Source of the DNA: Deinococcus sp.
GTDB taxonomy: Bacteria; Deinococcota; Deinococci; Deinococcales; Deinococcaceae
Length of the DNA: 64,000 nt
NCBI GenBank assembly: GCA_965261005.1
Contig: OZ253376.1
Span: forward strand, 96,001 to 160,000
Direction: 5' to 3'
Under the pieces are notes generated by a model. It searched no databases. It was given only the letters and a program-made list of their open reading frames with translations, and had not been told where the DNA came from. Positions 1 to 9,745 of this stretch are shown in pieces. A program made the position numbers and the translations under genes. Positions within the stretch are counted from its first letter, which is position 1, and the number at the start of each line of letters is the position of its first letter.

Positions 1-57
1 ACCCATGCCCTTGAGGAACGCGCTCAGGTTGTGCCCCCGCTCCTCGGTCGCTTGGCA
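1..57 (-). pseudogene. Start of a third, silent C-terminal cassette of the DUF4157 protein (runs off the window)
   Basis: 21-56 is a 36-bp exact match to 2782-2817. It reads QATEERGHNLSAFLKGMG, with an in-frame TAA at 64-66 and no start codon. Confidence 0.75.
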
Positions 58-114
58 CCGACCTTACACTCGCGTCTTCGTAGTGCCCTCGCCATACTTA
101 CCTATCACATGACC

Positions 115-1089
115 TCAACCCTTAAACGGAATAGAGCGTTCATCATACTCCGCAAAACTAGTGATGACATGGGAGATGTCCGTTAGCATTTCTTCTGCAA
201 TAGAACTCATATCAGTTCCGGGTAAAGCAAGGGCGGCGGTGGAGAAGACGAGCGTCCCCGTATCCTCGAAATACGGAATAAGTCTATTTCCGCTATACAT
301 CAATTGATCTCTTAAATTCTGCCTGTATTGATCCAAGCCTTCTTGGATGTGTACGTACCTAGCATCATCTTGAGAAGATTGTTGGTATTCCTTGCTTCCG
401 ACCCGCAGGCGGCAGAGGTTGGGCCAGCCAGGGTCGGGCACTTCTAGCGTCACAGGGCCAGAGCGGACGAAGGAGACGTTCCCTTCCTTGCCGACCAATT
501 CGGTGTCGTGCTGCTTGGTCAGCCAGGCGATCAATGCTTCAGAGGTGCTGTTATAGAAGCTGCTCATGATGCTCGAACGGAAGCCACCCGACGCCGCCAG
601 CGGTTGTTGAACGTCGTGTTCGGGCAGACCCAGGTACTGACGTGCGAGCCGTACGCCGTCCTCAACGATGAACAGCACCAAGTCTACTAACACGTCCGCC
701 CGTGACTGCGTGTGCTTGAAACAGGAGAAGCCGATGGAGAGGTCGCCTGTTTCCGGGTCGAAGATGGGGCGGCACCCGGGGTTCTGGAAGGCTACGTAGT
801 CGAGACAGCGGTAAGCGTGCGCTTTCTCTTCGACCGTCTGACAGCGCCGGATGTTGAGTTCGGGAACGAGGGACCAGATACGAAGCTCTTGCGGACTCCT
901 CCAAAAGACGTTGAAACTCAAGTCGTTCTTTGCGAAGGAGAGTGTCCACGTCGCCTCGTTATCTTGATACTCGATCTTTTCGTGATTGAGCCACCACTTG
1001 AAGATGTCGCGGATGGGCATTTCGTAGGTATCTGGAACCTCCGCACCATCACGCAGATGTGGCTTACGCTTCTTGAAGAGACCGAACAC
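115..1089 (-). CDS. Putative immunity/chaperone protein, paralog of 1478-2485
   Basis: 324 aa, GTG start 3 nt after the orphan C-terminus stop. Shares long identical blocks with 1478-2485. Confidence 0.75.
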   Translation of the reverse strand: MFGLFKKRKPHLRDGAEVPDTYEMPIRDIFKWWLNHEKIEYQDNEATWTLSFAKNDLSFNVFWRSPQELRIWSLVPELNIRRCQTVEEKAHAYRCLDYVAFQNPGCRPIFDPETGDLSIGFSCFKHTQSRADVLVDLVLFIVEDGVRLARQYLGLPEHDVQQPLAASGGFRSSIMSSFYNSTSEALIAWLTKQHDTELVGKEGNVSFVRSGPVTLEVPDPGWPNLCRLRVGSKEYQQSSQDDARYVHIQEGLDQYRQNLRDQLMYSGNRLIPYFEDTGTLVFSTAALALPGTDMSSIAEEMLTDISHVITSFAEYDERSIPFKG

Positions 1090-1092
1090 GGC

Positions 1093-1471
1093 CTACTGTT
1101 CCCCGGAAGTGAAGTTTTTCAGCGGCGAGTTGTCCTTCAAGTCTTCGGGCACCTTGTTCCAGTCCAGGCCGTTGTCCTCCTTAAACTGCTCCTGCGTGCC
1201 TTCGAGCCACTCTTTCCAGAGGGGCTTCTCGGGTGCCGTGGTGGAGTCGGAAGCGGTATACAGCTTCTTGAGGCGGGCTTTCAGGTCGGTCTGGATGAGG
1301 GTGCTGCCACTCTCCGTAGCGCTCTCGGCGTACTTGGCGCTCAAGGTGGACAGCAGGCCGTCTTCACGCATGCTCTTCAGGAACTCGCTCAGGTTGTGCC
1401 CCCGCTCTTCGGTCGCTTGGCGCAGGGGATAGCCGGCGGCACCAACGGCGCGGCCGAACAGCCCCCGTTGC
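1093..1471 (-). pseudogene. Orphan copy of the DUF4157 protein C-terminus (~125 aa)
   Basis: Protein-identical to the end of 2489-6412 from QRGLFG to DNSP; the last 9 aa differ. The only ATG (1527) lies in non-homologous sequence inside the upstream gene. Confidence 0.8.
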
Positions 1472-2867
1472 GTGAGATCAGGAAGATGCTTCTGCTGGTT
1501 TCCCGAAGACGTTCGCCTCGTCGTCATACCAATCGTAAGAGAAATGTTCCATATAGTCGGAGAACTTAAGGATTATGGCAGAGATTGTAATCAACATCCA
1601 GTCGGCTATGGAAGATAAATCTGTACCGGGAAGCGCGAGTGCCGCCGTCGAAAAGACCAATGTACCGGTCTCCTCAATATATGGGATTAAGTATCCAGGC
1701 TTTGCACGGTACTCATCCAGCTTTTCCTGAACGAAGACATACTTTTCATCATCGTGAAAGGCTTGTTGAAAGCCTTTGGTTCCGACCCGCAGGCGGCAAA
1801 GGTTGGGCCAGCCGGGGTCGGGCACTTCCAGCGTCACGGGTCCCGAGCGAACGAAGGAGACGTTCCCTTCCTTCCCGACCGATTCGGTGTCGTGCTGCTT
1901 GGTCAGCCAGGCGATCAACGCTTCGGTGGTACTGGGATAGGGCCGGCTGAAGGCGCTCGCTAGAAAACCGCCGCCCATCGCCACAGGCTGCTGCACGTCC
2001 GGGGCCGGCAAGTTGAGGTACTTGCGTGCGAAATGCACGCCATTCTCGACCAGGTAGAGAACGAGGTCCACCAGCACGTCGGCGTACAGCTGCGTACCTT
2101 TGAAGCAGGAGAAGCCGATGGAGAGGTCGCCTGTTTCCGGATCGAAGATGGGCCGGCACCCGGGGTTCTGGAAGGCCACGTAGTCGAGGCAACGGTAGGC
2201 GTGCGCTTTCTCCTCGACCGTCTGACAGCGCCGGATATTGAGTTCGGGAATGAGGGACCGAACTATCAGATCGCGTGGGACACCCCAGAAGACCCTGAAG
2301 GCCATACCATGCCGCGTGAAGGAAAGGGTCTCCTGCTCCTCGTCATCCTGATACTCGATCTTCTCGTGGTCGAGCCACCACTTGAAGATGTCGCGGATGG
2401 ACATCTCGTCCGTGTTCGGCACTTCGACACCACCGCGCAGGTGCGGCTTAGGTTTGGTGACCAAGGCTTTGAGCAAGGCGAACATCAGCTATTGCCCTTC
2501 TTCAGAAAAGTACTTGGCGGGCGAGTTGTCCTTCAAGTCTTCGGGCACCTTGTTCCAGTCCAGGCCGTTGTCCTCCTTAAACTGCTCCTGCGTGCCTTCG
2601 AGCCACTCTTTCCAGAGGGGCTTCTCGGGTGCCGTGGTGGAGTCGGAAGCGGTATACAGCTTCTTGAGGCGGGCTTTCAGGTCGGTCTGGATGAGGGTGC
2701 TGCCACTCTCCGTAGCGCTCTCGGCGTACTTCGCGCTCAGGGTGGACAGCAGGCCGTCTTCACGCATGCTCTTCAAGAACTCGCTCAGGTTGTGCCCCCG
2801 CTCCTCGGTCGCTTGGCGCAGGGGATAGCCGGCGGCGCCGACGGCACGGCCGAACAGCCCACGTTGC
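1124..2867. repeat. 348-bp direct repeat (1124-1471 / 2520-2867), part of a ~1.4-kb tandem unit
   Basis: Manual alignment, offset 1396; about 8 synonymous differences. Confidence 0.95.
1478..2485 (-). CDS. Putative cognate immunity/chaperone protein (possibly tandem YbjN/T3SS-chaperone-like domains)
   Basis: 335 aa, starts 3 nt after the stop of the DUF4157 gene; lower-GC patches. The fold assignment is a guess. Confidence 0.75.
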   Translation of the reverse strand: MFALLKALVTKPKPHLRGGVEVPNTDEMSIRDIFKWWLDHEKIEYQDDEEQETLSFTRHGMAFRVFWGVPRDLIVRSLIPELNIRRCQTVEEKAHAYRCLDYVAFQNPGCRPIFDPETGDLSIGFSCFKGTQLYADVLVDLVLYLVENGVHFARKYLNLPAPDVQQPVAMGGGFLASAFSRPYPSTTEALIAWLTKQHDTESVGKEGNVSFVRSGPVTLEVPDPGWPNLCRLRVGTKGFQQAFHDDEKYVFVQEKLDEYRAKPGYLIPYIEETGTLVFSTAALALPGTDLSSIADWMLITISAIILKFSDYMEHFSYDWYDDEANVFGKPAEASS

Positions 2868-5800
2868 TTGTATTGTTCGCCCCATAGCTTTTCTCTGCCC
2901 TCGGCGCTCTCTTTTGCGATCAACTTGCCCACAGTTGTGTCCTGCATACTGCGTGAGGCATGTCTTGCTGTGTAGGTTTCGGCACGAGTGGTGAGGGCGG
3001 CGGTTCTTGTGCCCATAATTTCCTCTACGCCCTGTAAGACCGCAGGCCGCGTTCGATTTGCTGGCGTATCGTTTAAGCTTCGCTCGCGCAAAGCCCTCGC
3101 AAACGCTTTTTCCCTCTCCCTCTCGGTCTCAATCTTCAAGCGCTCTTCGACGGCCTTTTTCCAGGCGGGCGTCTCCCCAATCAATTCCTTCATCTGGGTC
3201 TGTGCCTTGCCATACGGGCCGTACGCCTTGCCCATCCCCTTGCCCAGCTCCCCCGTCTCCTTGGTCCACAGCTCGGCGAAGTGCTGCCGGGCTTGCTGCC
3301 CCACCTTCTGAAACTCCACCAGCCCCTTGGTCACGTAGCCATCCGGGTTCTGGGTAATATAGGCGTTCACCCTCTCCTGAACGGTGCGGTAGCGCGCGCT
3401 CAGCAATTTCGTCATCCGGGCTGCTTTGACCCGCTCGCCCATGCGGCTCGCCTTACTCACCACCCAGTCTTCGGCGCGGGTGCGGGCATTGTTGCTCAGG
3501 GCGCTCGCCTTGAGGCTTTGGCGCTTGGCCCAACTGTTGGCCGCCCCCATCCCGCGTCCGACGGCGTTGTTCTTCAGCTTGCTCCGCAGGGCGTTCAGCA
3601 GCGCCTTGTCCTTTTGGTTCGAGCTGCGCGCCAGCTGCTTGAGCGCTTTCACGACGTTGGTATCGCGCGCCCAGCCCTTCAAGCGACCGGGCGTGTTGCG
3701 GGCGAAGCGGCGCACGCCGCGCACGCTGCCGGCGTTCCAGACCTTGCGCGCCCCGCTGCTCAGACCGCGCCCCAACTTGCCAACCGCCGTCCGGCCCCCA
3801 CCGTAGACCCAGCGGCCCGCGCCCCTCACGCCGCTGCCCACAAAGCGCAACCCACGCCCCACAAAGCGCGCCCCGTCCTTGAGCACGCCCGGCGTGATCC
3901 TGGCCAGTCCCCGGCCGGCAAATTTGCCGCCCGCGCGCAGGGGGGCCGCCAGCAGGTAACCGCCGCCCTTGGCGACGCCGGGGATCAGCTTGACGACGCC
4001 GAGGGCGCTCTTGGCGGCGAGGTTGCCGGCGAACTTCATGACCGGGCCACCAAAGGCGCCCACCGCCGCGTCGAGGGCAATGCTGCCGGGACTGACGCCC
4101 TCGAAGGTGCTCCTGGCTTGGTAGGTGTACGTGGGGTCGTTCTTGGCTTTGTTGGCGGCGGCAGCGTTGTAGACCTTGTTGCCCACCATGGTGGCGGCCA
4201 CGCCGCCCGCCGCGCTGATGGCGCCGGCGGCGGCCAGGGCGGGCAGCGTGAGGGTGCCCGCGCTGGCCACGGTCAAGGCGCCCACGGCGACCAGCGTGAC
4301 GCCCTTCCAAAAGGCCGCCTTGCCTTCCGGGGTGGCGTACCACGCCGAGAAGCGCTTTCTTTGGGTACCGGCGAATTTCCAAGCAGACTTGGCGAGTTCG
4401 CCGGGGTGCTTCACGGCGCTCGCGATTCCTTTTCCGACCGCGAGGGCGCGCGTCTTGACAGTGTGGGCGGCCTGCTTGGCAAACCTCTTAGCCTTTCTGG
4501 CGAACTGCCGCCTCTTCTTGGCAGCGAGCTTGACAAAGCGTGCGCCGCCCTGCTTGGCGCCCCGCCACAGGCTCCGGGCGTCTCTCTTGAGGGCGCTGTA
4601 CTTGTTGGCAGCGCCCCGCTTGGCGCTGTTCCAAGCGTCCCCAACTCCCTGCTTGGCACGGCTCAGCAGGGCGGCGCCCTTGCTGGACACGCCATGCCAG
4701 TAAGACCGTGCGTGGGACACGGCCTGGCGAGCAGTCGAGCTGGCGTACTGACGAACATCGCGAGCGAGGCGGCGCGCCCCGCCGGTAATGTGCCGGCCGT
4801 ACGAGGACGCCTCCTTAAAAGCCGTCTTGGTCGCGTGCGCCGCCAGGTGGCGCGCTTTGCCCGCCAGCTGCCCGGCCTGCGCCGTCACGGCGTGGACCCC
4901 GGCCGCGAACTGCTTGGCCTTGGCATTCACCGCTTGCCTGGCCTTGACCGCTTCCTTCACGGCATTCCGACCCACCTGTGCGGCGATCCTGTGGGCCTTT
5001 TGCATAAAGGCGTCGGCCTTGTGTACGGCCTCCGCGCCGGCTTTGGCCGTCCGCTTGGCAGCGCGCTCGGTGGCCCGCACAGCTTGTTGTGCGGCGCGCC
5101 GGGCGGCTTGAGCGGCGTGCTCGGTGGATTGAACGGCCGACTTCGCCTTACCCTTGGCCCAGTTGAAGGCGCCGCCCAACGAAAAGCGCTGCACCGCCGG
5201 CTTGACGGAGGAGGGGAAGCTGCGCGCGCTCAGCTGCGTCCCGGCAGCAAGGGAGCGCTTCATGGGCTTTTGAACGCCGCTGGCAAAGCGCTTGCCCGCG
5301 TCTCGCGCCTCCTGCTCCAGCCCAGGGTCAGGGTCAATGCCCTTGCCCGTGACCTTGCCTTGCACCTGTTGATAGGTGTGCGTCACCTCGTGCGCCAACA
5401 GCTCTTGGCCCTCGGCACTCTCGGTGTCCAGCTTGCCTCGCTGGAAGAAGATGTCCGTTCCGACCGTCGCTGCGATGGCGTTCACCGACTTCGCAAAGCT
5501 ATGGGCGGCAGGGTCGGCATGGACTCGTACCGTTTGCAGGTGCTCACCGGGGATGTTCAGCCCCACTGCCAACCGCCGCTGCACCGCGAGAGGCAGGGGC
5601 TGACCGTTGCCGCGTGGCATGGCTTGGGAAGCAAGGGCGTCTTCCTCTGTTAGCTTCCGTTGCAAGGCGTGCAGCTCCAACGCCTTCCGGTCTTGTTCTC
5701 CGTACTGCTGATGTTCGCTTTCCGCCTCGTCAAGCGCCCGTTGCACCATGGGTCGCTCTCCGGCGGGCAAGCGTTGCAACACCACCCGCGCCACCTGTTT

Positions 5801-6412
5801 CCCTTGCGGCTGGCGCTGCACCAGGGCCAAGCTGCGTCCCAACTCGGCGTAACGCTGAATGGCGGGGGAAGTGTCGCTTCGGAAGCGCTGCGCCAAGTCC
5901 TGCGCGGCGCGCTGCTGAATGGTCGGCCAAGCGGACATGGAGACGAAGCCGCTGTGCTGGTCGGCCTGCCGTTGCAACGACACCGCTTCATGGGCGTAGC
6001 GCCCAGCGTGGTCGGCGTAGGAGGGCTGTGACCTGGTCGGACCGCTGAAGATGGGGGGCAAAGCCGGTACCCCAGCTTGCTCGGCCTGACGTTGCAAGGC
6101 GGACTGAAGAGCGTGAGGAGGCAAGCCCTCGCTGAGCGCTTCGATCTGGCGCTGCAAGGCCAGCTGCGATTGCTGACGTTGCAAGGCAAAGCTACGTTGC
6201 ACCTGGGCGGCTTCGAAGACCGGGGTAACGCTCGAACGCTGGGCGACGTCTGGTGTTGCGAAGAACTGCTGGTGGCGCTCAAGGGTGCGCTGTTGCAGGT
6301 CAAGCTGCATGGCCGCCTGATCCGGGATCGGCAGCGGGGGGATGTAGGCGATCTGCGGCGCTGCGGCTGCCCTTTGCTGACCTTGCGGCTTGCGCTCCTC
6401 GTAGTCGGACAT
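2489..6412 (-). CDS. DUF4157 (eCIS-core) domain giant protein, putative polymorphic toxin/effector
   Basis: GQPLP..VRVHAD.AA..FA..VNA.AATVG.DIFF..G......GQELLAHEVTHTYQQ motif; Gln/Arg-rich N-terminus; Ala/Lys-rich helical region; hydrophobic hairpin; AGGAGG RBS. Confidence 0.88.
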   Translation of the reverse strand: MSDYEERKPQGQQRAAAAPQIAYIPPLPIPDQAAMQLDLQQRTLERHQQFFATPDVAQRSSVTPVFEAAQVQRSFALQRQQSQLALQRQIEALSEGLPPHALQSALQRQAEQAGVPALPPIFSGPTRSQPSYADHAGRYAHEAVSLQRQADQHSGFVSMSAWPTIQQRAAQDLAQRFRSDTSPAIQRYAELGRSLALVQRQPQGKQVARVVLQRLPAGERPMVQRALDEAESEHQQYGEQDRKALELHALQRKLTEEDALASQAMPRGNGQPLPLAVQRRLAVGLNIPGEHLQTVRVHADPAAHSFAKSVNAIAATVGTDIFFQRGKLDTESAEGQELLAHEVTHTYQQVQGKVTGKGIDPDPGLEQEARDAGKRFASGVQKPMKRSLAAGTQLSARSFPSSVKPAVQRFSLGGAFNWAKGKAKSAVQSTEHAAQAARRAAQQAVRATERAAKRTAKAGAEAVHKADAFMQKAHRIAAQVGRNAVKEAVKARQAVNAKAKQFAAGVHAVTAQAGQLAGKARHLAAHATKTAFKEASSYGRHITGGARRLARDVRQYASSTARQAVSHARSYWHGVSSKGAALLSRAKQGVGDAWNSAKRGAANKYSALKRDARSLWRGAKQGGARFVKLAAKKRRQFARKAKRFAKQAAHTVKTRALAVGKGIASAVKHPGELAKSAWKFAGTQRKRFSAWYATPEGKAAFWKGVTLVAVGALTVASAGTLTLPALAAAGAISAAGGVAATMVGNKVYNAAAANKAKNDPTYTYQARSTFEGVSPGSIALDAAVGAFGGPVMKFAGNLAAKSALGVVKLIPGVAKGGGYLLAAPLRAGGKFAGRGLARITPGVLKDGARFVGRGLRFVGSGVRGAGRWVYGGGRTAVGKLGRGLSSGARKVWNAGSVRGVRRFARNTPGRLKGWARDTNVVKALKQLARSSNQKDKALLNALRSKLKNNAVGRGMGAANSWAKRQSLKASALSNNARTRAEDWVVSKASRMGERVKAARMTKLLSARYRTVQERVNAYITQNPDGYVTKGLVEFQKVGQQARQHFAELWTKETGELGKGMGKAYGPYGKAQTQMKELIGETPAWKKAVEERLKIETEREREKAFARALRERSLNDTPANRTRPAVLQGVEEIMGTRTAALTTRAETYTARHASRSMQDTTVGKLIAKESAEGREKLWGEQYKQRGLFGRAVGAAGYPLRQATEERGHNLSEFLKSMREDGLLSTLSAKYAESATESGSTLIQTDLKARLKKLYTASDSTTAPEKPLWKEWLEGTQEQFKEDNGLDWNKVPEDLKDNSPAKYFSEEGQ

Positions 6413-6516
6413 TAGACCCTCCTGTGATGATCCCAGCGTATATGATTCGCGCTTCTAAAGGGCATGAATTTCGCCCATGCCAACTTCACCTGACCGGTCA
6501 GTTGGTCTCTACCGCG

Positions 6517-7773
6517 TCACAGGTCGGCCTCGGCGCGCTCGATCAGCGGCATCACGGTAAGGCCCTGCACGATAATCGAGAACACCACCACCACATAAGT
6601 TAGCACCAGAATGACGTCACGCTCGGTCGAGGGCGGCACCGAGAGGGCCAGCGCCACGGCGATGCCGCCGCGCAACCCGCCCCAGGTGAGCAGCCAGCCG
6701 ACCGATCTGGGCAAGCGCGCCACGCGCCGCACCAACAGGCGGCTGAGGCTGACGCTCAGGTAGCGCGAGGCCAGCACCAAGACAATGCTCAGCACGCCCG
6801 CCAGCAGCAGCGCCCCCGACAGCGGCACAACCAGCAGCTGCAAGCCGATCAGGGCGAACAGGATGATGTTGAGCACCTGGTCGGTGGTTTCCCAAAAGGA
6901 GTCCATGTGCAGGCGGGTGTGCTCGGACATGCTGCGCTCGCGGCTGGTGCCGATGATCAGGCCCGCCACCACCATCGCCAGCGGCCCGGACAGGTGCAGC
7001 GCGCTCGCCAAGGCGTAACCGCTCAGCACGATGGAAATGGTGAGCAGCACCTCGACGCCGTGGCGGTCGATGTGGCGCAGCGCGAAAGAGCCAAGCGCGC
7101 CCAGGGCGGCGCCGAACAAGGCGCCGCCAAAGGCCTCCTGCACGAACAGCAACAGCGCGCCGCCAAGGCCGGACGCCTCCTCGGGGTGGGCGCCCGCCGC
7201 GCCGCCCAGCAAACCGACCAGCACGGTAAAGACGACCACGCCCACGCCGTCGTTGAACAGGGACTCGCCGGCCACCAGCGTTTCGAGCTGCTTGGACGCC
7301 CGCGCCCGCTTGAGCAGATCGAGCACCGCCACCGGATCGGTCGGCGAAATCAGCGCGCCGAACAAGAGGCAGTACACCAGCGGCAAGGACAACCCCAACA
7401 GCAGGCCCAAGCCGTACACCGCCGCGCCGACCAGGACGGTCGAGAGCAGGGTGCTGAACACCGCCAGCGTCAGCACGCTCCAGCGCTGACGCAGCAATTC
7501 GCGCGCGTCCACGCCCAGCGCCCCGGCGAACAGCAGAAAGCTCAAGAGGCCCTGCAATACCAGCGACGAAAAATCCAGCCGCGTCAGCAAGTCCTGTGCC
7601 CAAGCGCGCGCCCCCAAACCGAAACGGTCCACGACAATCAAGATGAGCGAGGCGATCAGCCCCGCGACCGTCACGCCCACGGTGGGTGGCAGGCGGATCA
7701 GGCGCTCGTTGAAGTAGGCCAGTGCGGCGACCACGGCCATCAAGAGGCCGAGGGCGCTCAGGGTGGTGATCAT
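6517..7773 (-). CDS. CPA1 family Na+/H+ antiporter (NhaP-like)
   Basis: ISPTDPVAV, GESLFNDG and WGGLRGGIA motifs; multi-TM. Confidence 0.92.
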   Translation of the reverse strand: MITTLSALGLLMAVVAALAYFNERLIRLPPTVGVTVAGLIASLILIVVDRFGLGARAWAQDLLTRLDFSSLVLQGLLSFLLFAGALGVDARELLRQRWSVLTLAVFSTLLSTVLVGAAVYGLGLLLGLSLPLVYCLLFGALISPTDPVAVLDLLKRARASKQLETLVAGESLFNDGVGVVVFTVLVGLLGGAAGAHPEEASGLGGALLLFVQEAFGGALFGAALGALGSFALRHIDRHGVEVLLTISIVLSGYALASALHLSGPLAMVVAGLIIGTSRERSMSEHTRLHMDSFWETTDQVLNIILFALIGLQLLVVPLSGALLLAGVLSIVLVLASRYLSVSLSRLLVRRVARLPRSVGWLLTWGGLRGGIAVALALSVPPSTERDVILVLTYVVVVFSIIVQGLTVMPLIERAEADL

Positions 7774-7934
7774 GAACGCCGCCGTGCGGTCAGGAGAGGG
7801 GACATGTCGCCCAGTTTAAGGGGACGTCAATTCAAGAGAACGCCGTCGAAAGTTGACGAAACGTCCCGCGAGGAACACGCCGCTTGGCATACGCCAGCGC
7901 GATTCGCCCTCCAGTACGGTCCTGGTGGCATACA

Positions 7935-8308
7935 ACGCGTGGTCTGAGCGTCCAGGACACCGGCACTCGGTGCGGGATAGCGACGCGCCGGGTCTCGCAG
8001 ACCAGTCTGCGGTTGATGGCTTTCCAGCTGCCTTCACGCTCGAAGCGCTTGAAGTAGGCATAGACGGTTTGCCAGGCGGGAAAGTCGTGGGGCAGGTTGC
8101 GCCATATAATACCGCATACCGCCTTGCAGGACATACAACATGGCACACAGGACGTCGTACAGGTCAACGCTTCTGGGTCGCCCGCCCGGCTTGGCTGCGG
8201 GCAACAGGGGTCGAAACGGCTGAACTGGCGCTGGGTCAGGTCGCTTGGATATGCCTTGCGGTTCACACCTCAAGCGTGCTGCACGACCTGACCTTTATAA
8301 ACATTCTC
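7935..8308 (-). mobile_element. IS5-family (IS1031-like) transposase remnant, frameshifted and truncated
   Basis: [35 protein letters not shown] and [10 protein letters not shown] occur in shifting frames. Candidate left IR GAGAATGTTTATAAAG at 8293-8308 next to a TCA. Confidence 0.85.
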
Positions 8309-8341
8309 TCAGCGCGGGAACGCTTGCATAATTGGGCAGTC

Positions 8342-9634
8342 ATGGCCGCTCCCACCCGCTCCACGGACCCCTACGCCGCCCTGCGGCTGCCCGAGGTGCG
8401 CGCCCTGATGGCGGCGGGCGCCTGCTCGACCTTGGCGAGCCGCGCGCTGGCCGTCGTGATCGGCTTTCAGGTATATCAGCTCACCAAGTCTCCCCTCGCG
8501 CTGGGCGAGTTGGGCTTGGTGGAGGCCATTCCAGCCGTCTCGCTGGCCTTGTTCGGCGGCCACGTCGCGGACCGCAACGACCGCCGCGCCATCGTGCTCG
8601 TCACCGGGGCGGTGTCGGTCGTCTCGGCGCTCGCCTTCGCGCTGCTCGCCCCGCACGCGGGGAAGTTGGGGGTGCTGCCGCTGTTCGGGGTGGTTTTCGT
8701 GGCGGGCGTCGCGCGCGGGTTTTCCGAGCCGGCCGCCGCCGCCTTCGAGGCCCAGGTGGTGCCCAGGCCCCTCTACGTCAACGCCTCGGCTTGGCTGTCG
8801 AGCGCCTCGCAGGGCTGCGCGGTGGCGGGGCCGGCCGTCGGCGGTTTCGCCTACGCGCTGCTGGGCGCCTCCGCCACCTACCTGCTGATCGCCGCCCTGT
8901 TCGCCCTCGCGTGGCTGGGCATTTTCCGCGTCGCGCCCAAGCCCAGGCCCGTGGCGGTGGCCGGCGAATCGGTGTGGCGCTCCATCGCGCTGGGGGTGCG
9001 CTTCGTCTTCGGGAACCAGGTTCTGGTCGGCTCGATGGCGCTCGATCTGTTCGCGGTGCTGTTCGGCGGGGCCATCGCGCTGCTGCCGGTATTCGCCGGC
9101 GACATCCTGAAGGTGGGGCCGCGCGGCCTGGGCCTGTTGGTCGCGGCGCCCTCGGCGGGCGCCTTGCTGGTGATGCTGCTCGCCACCCGGCGCCCGCCGG
9201 CGGCGCGCGCCGGGCGCGACCTGCTGCTGGCGGTGGGCGGTTTCGGGGTGTGCATGCTCATCTTCGGGCTGTCGCGCAGCTTCGCCTTGTCGCTGCTGGC
9301 CCTGGCGGCCAGCGGCGGCTTCGACGGCCTCAGCATGGTCATCCGCCGCTCGATTCTGAGGCTGCACTCCCCCGAGGCCATGCGCGGGCGAATCGCGGCG
9401 GTCAGTTCGATCTTCATCGGCTCGTCCAACGAGATCGGCGCCTTCGAGAGCGGCGTCACGGCGACTTTGCTGGGCACGGCCCGCTCGGTGTGGCTCGGCG
9501 GCATTCTCACGCTGCTGGTCGTGACGGCCACGGCCCTCTTCGCCCCCAAGCTGCGCGATTTGAGCTTGCCAGTCGGCGAGGCCGACCCGGAAGGCGGGCA
9601 AGTCCTGGAGGTGAGGTCAGCTTCGGACGTCTGA
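8342..9634 (+). CDS. MFS transporter (EntS/DHA3-like)
   Basis: [11 protein letters not shown] motif A, ~12 TM, MRGRI. The start is ATG 8342; the longer ORF extension is antisense IS sequence. Confidence 0.9.
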   Translation: MAAPTRSTDPYAALRLPEVRALMAAGACSTLASRALAVVIGFQVYQLTKSPLALGELGLVEAIPAVSLALFGGHVADRNDRRAIVLVTGAVSVVSALAFALLAPHAGKLGVLPLFGVVFVAGVARGFSEPAAAAFEAQVVPRPLYVNASAWLSSASQGCAVAGPAVGGFAYALLGASATYLLIAALFALAWLGIFRVAPKPRPVAVAGESVWRSIALGVRFVFGNQVLVGSMALDLFAVLFGGAIALLPVFAGDILKVGPRGLGLLVAAPSAGALLVMLLATRRPPAARAGRDLLLAVGGFGVCMLIFGLSRSFALSLLALAASGGFDGLSMVIRRSILRLHSPEAMRGRIAAVSSIFIGSSNEIGAFESGVTATLLGTARSVWLGGILTLLVVTATALFAPKLRDLSLPVGEADPEGGQVLEVRSASDV

Positions 9635-9745
9635 GCTGCCTGCCTCAATGTCCGCGCAAGGCGAGTCGGCACACGGGCGGCGCCCCTTCACCCCAGACTT
9701 TTGTTACCCTCGCGGAACACGTCGGGGCACGCCAAGGAGAAGGCC

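Noticed and set aside
1124..2867. Diversity-generating retroelement TR/VR pair
   Set aside because: Differences are synonymous and not adenine-specific, and there is no reverse transcriptase in the window.
3281..5653. 790-aa plus-strand ORF and other long shadow ORFs (e.g. 30465-32702, 61583-63562)
   Set aside because: Antisense or alternate-frame artefacts of high GC3 overlapping well-supported genes.
7853..8341. N-terminal extension of the MFS ORF (593 aa)
   Set aside because: It is the antisense of the IS5 remnant; MFS homology starts at ATG 8342.
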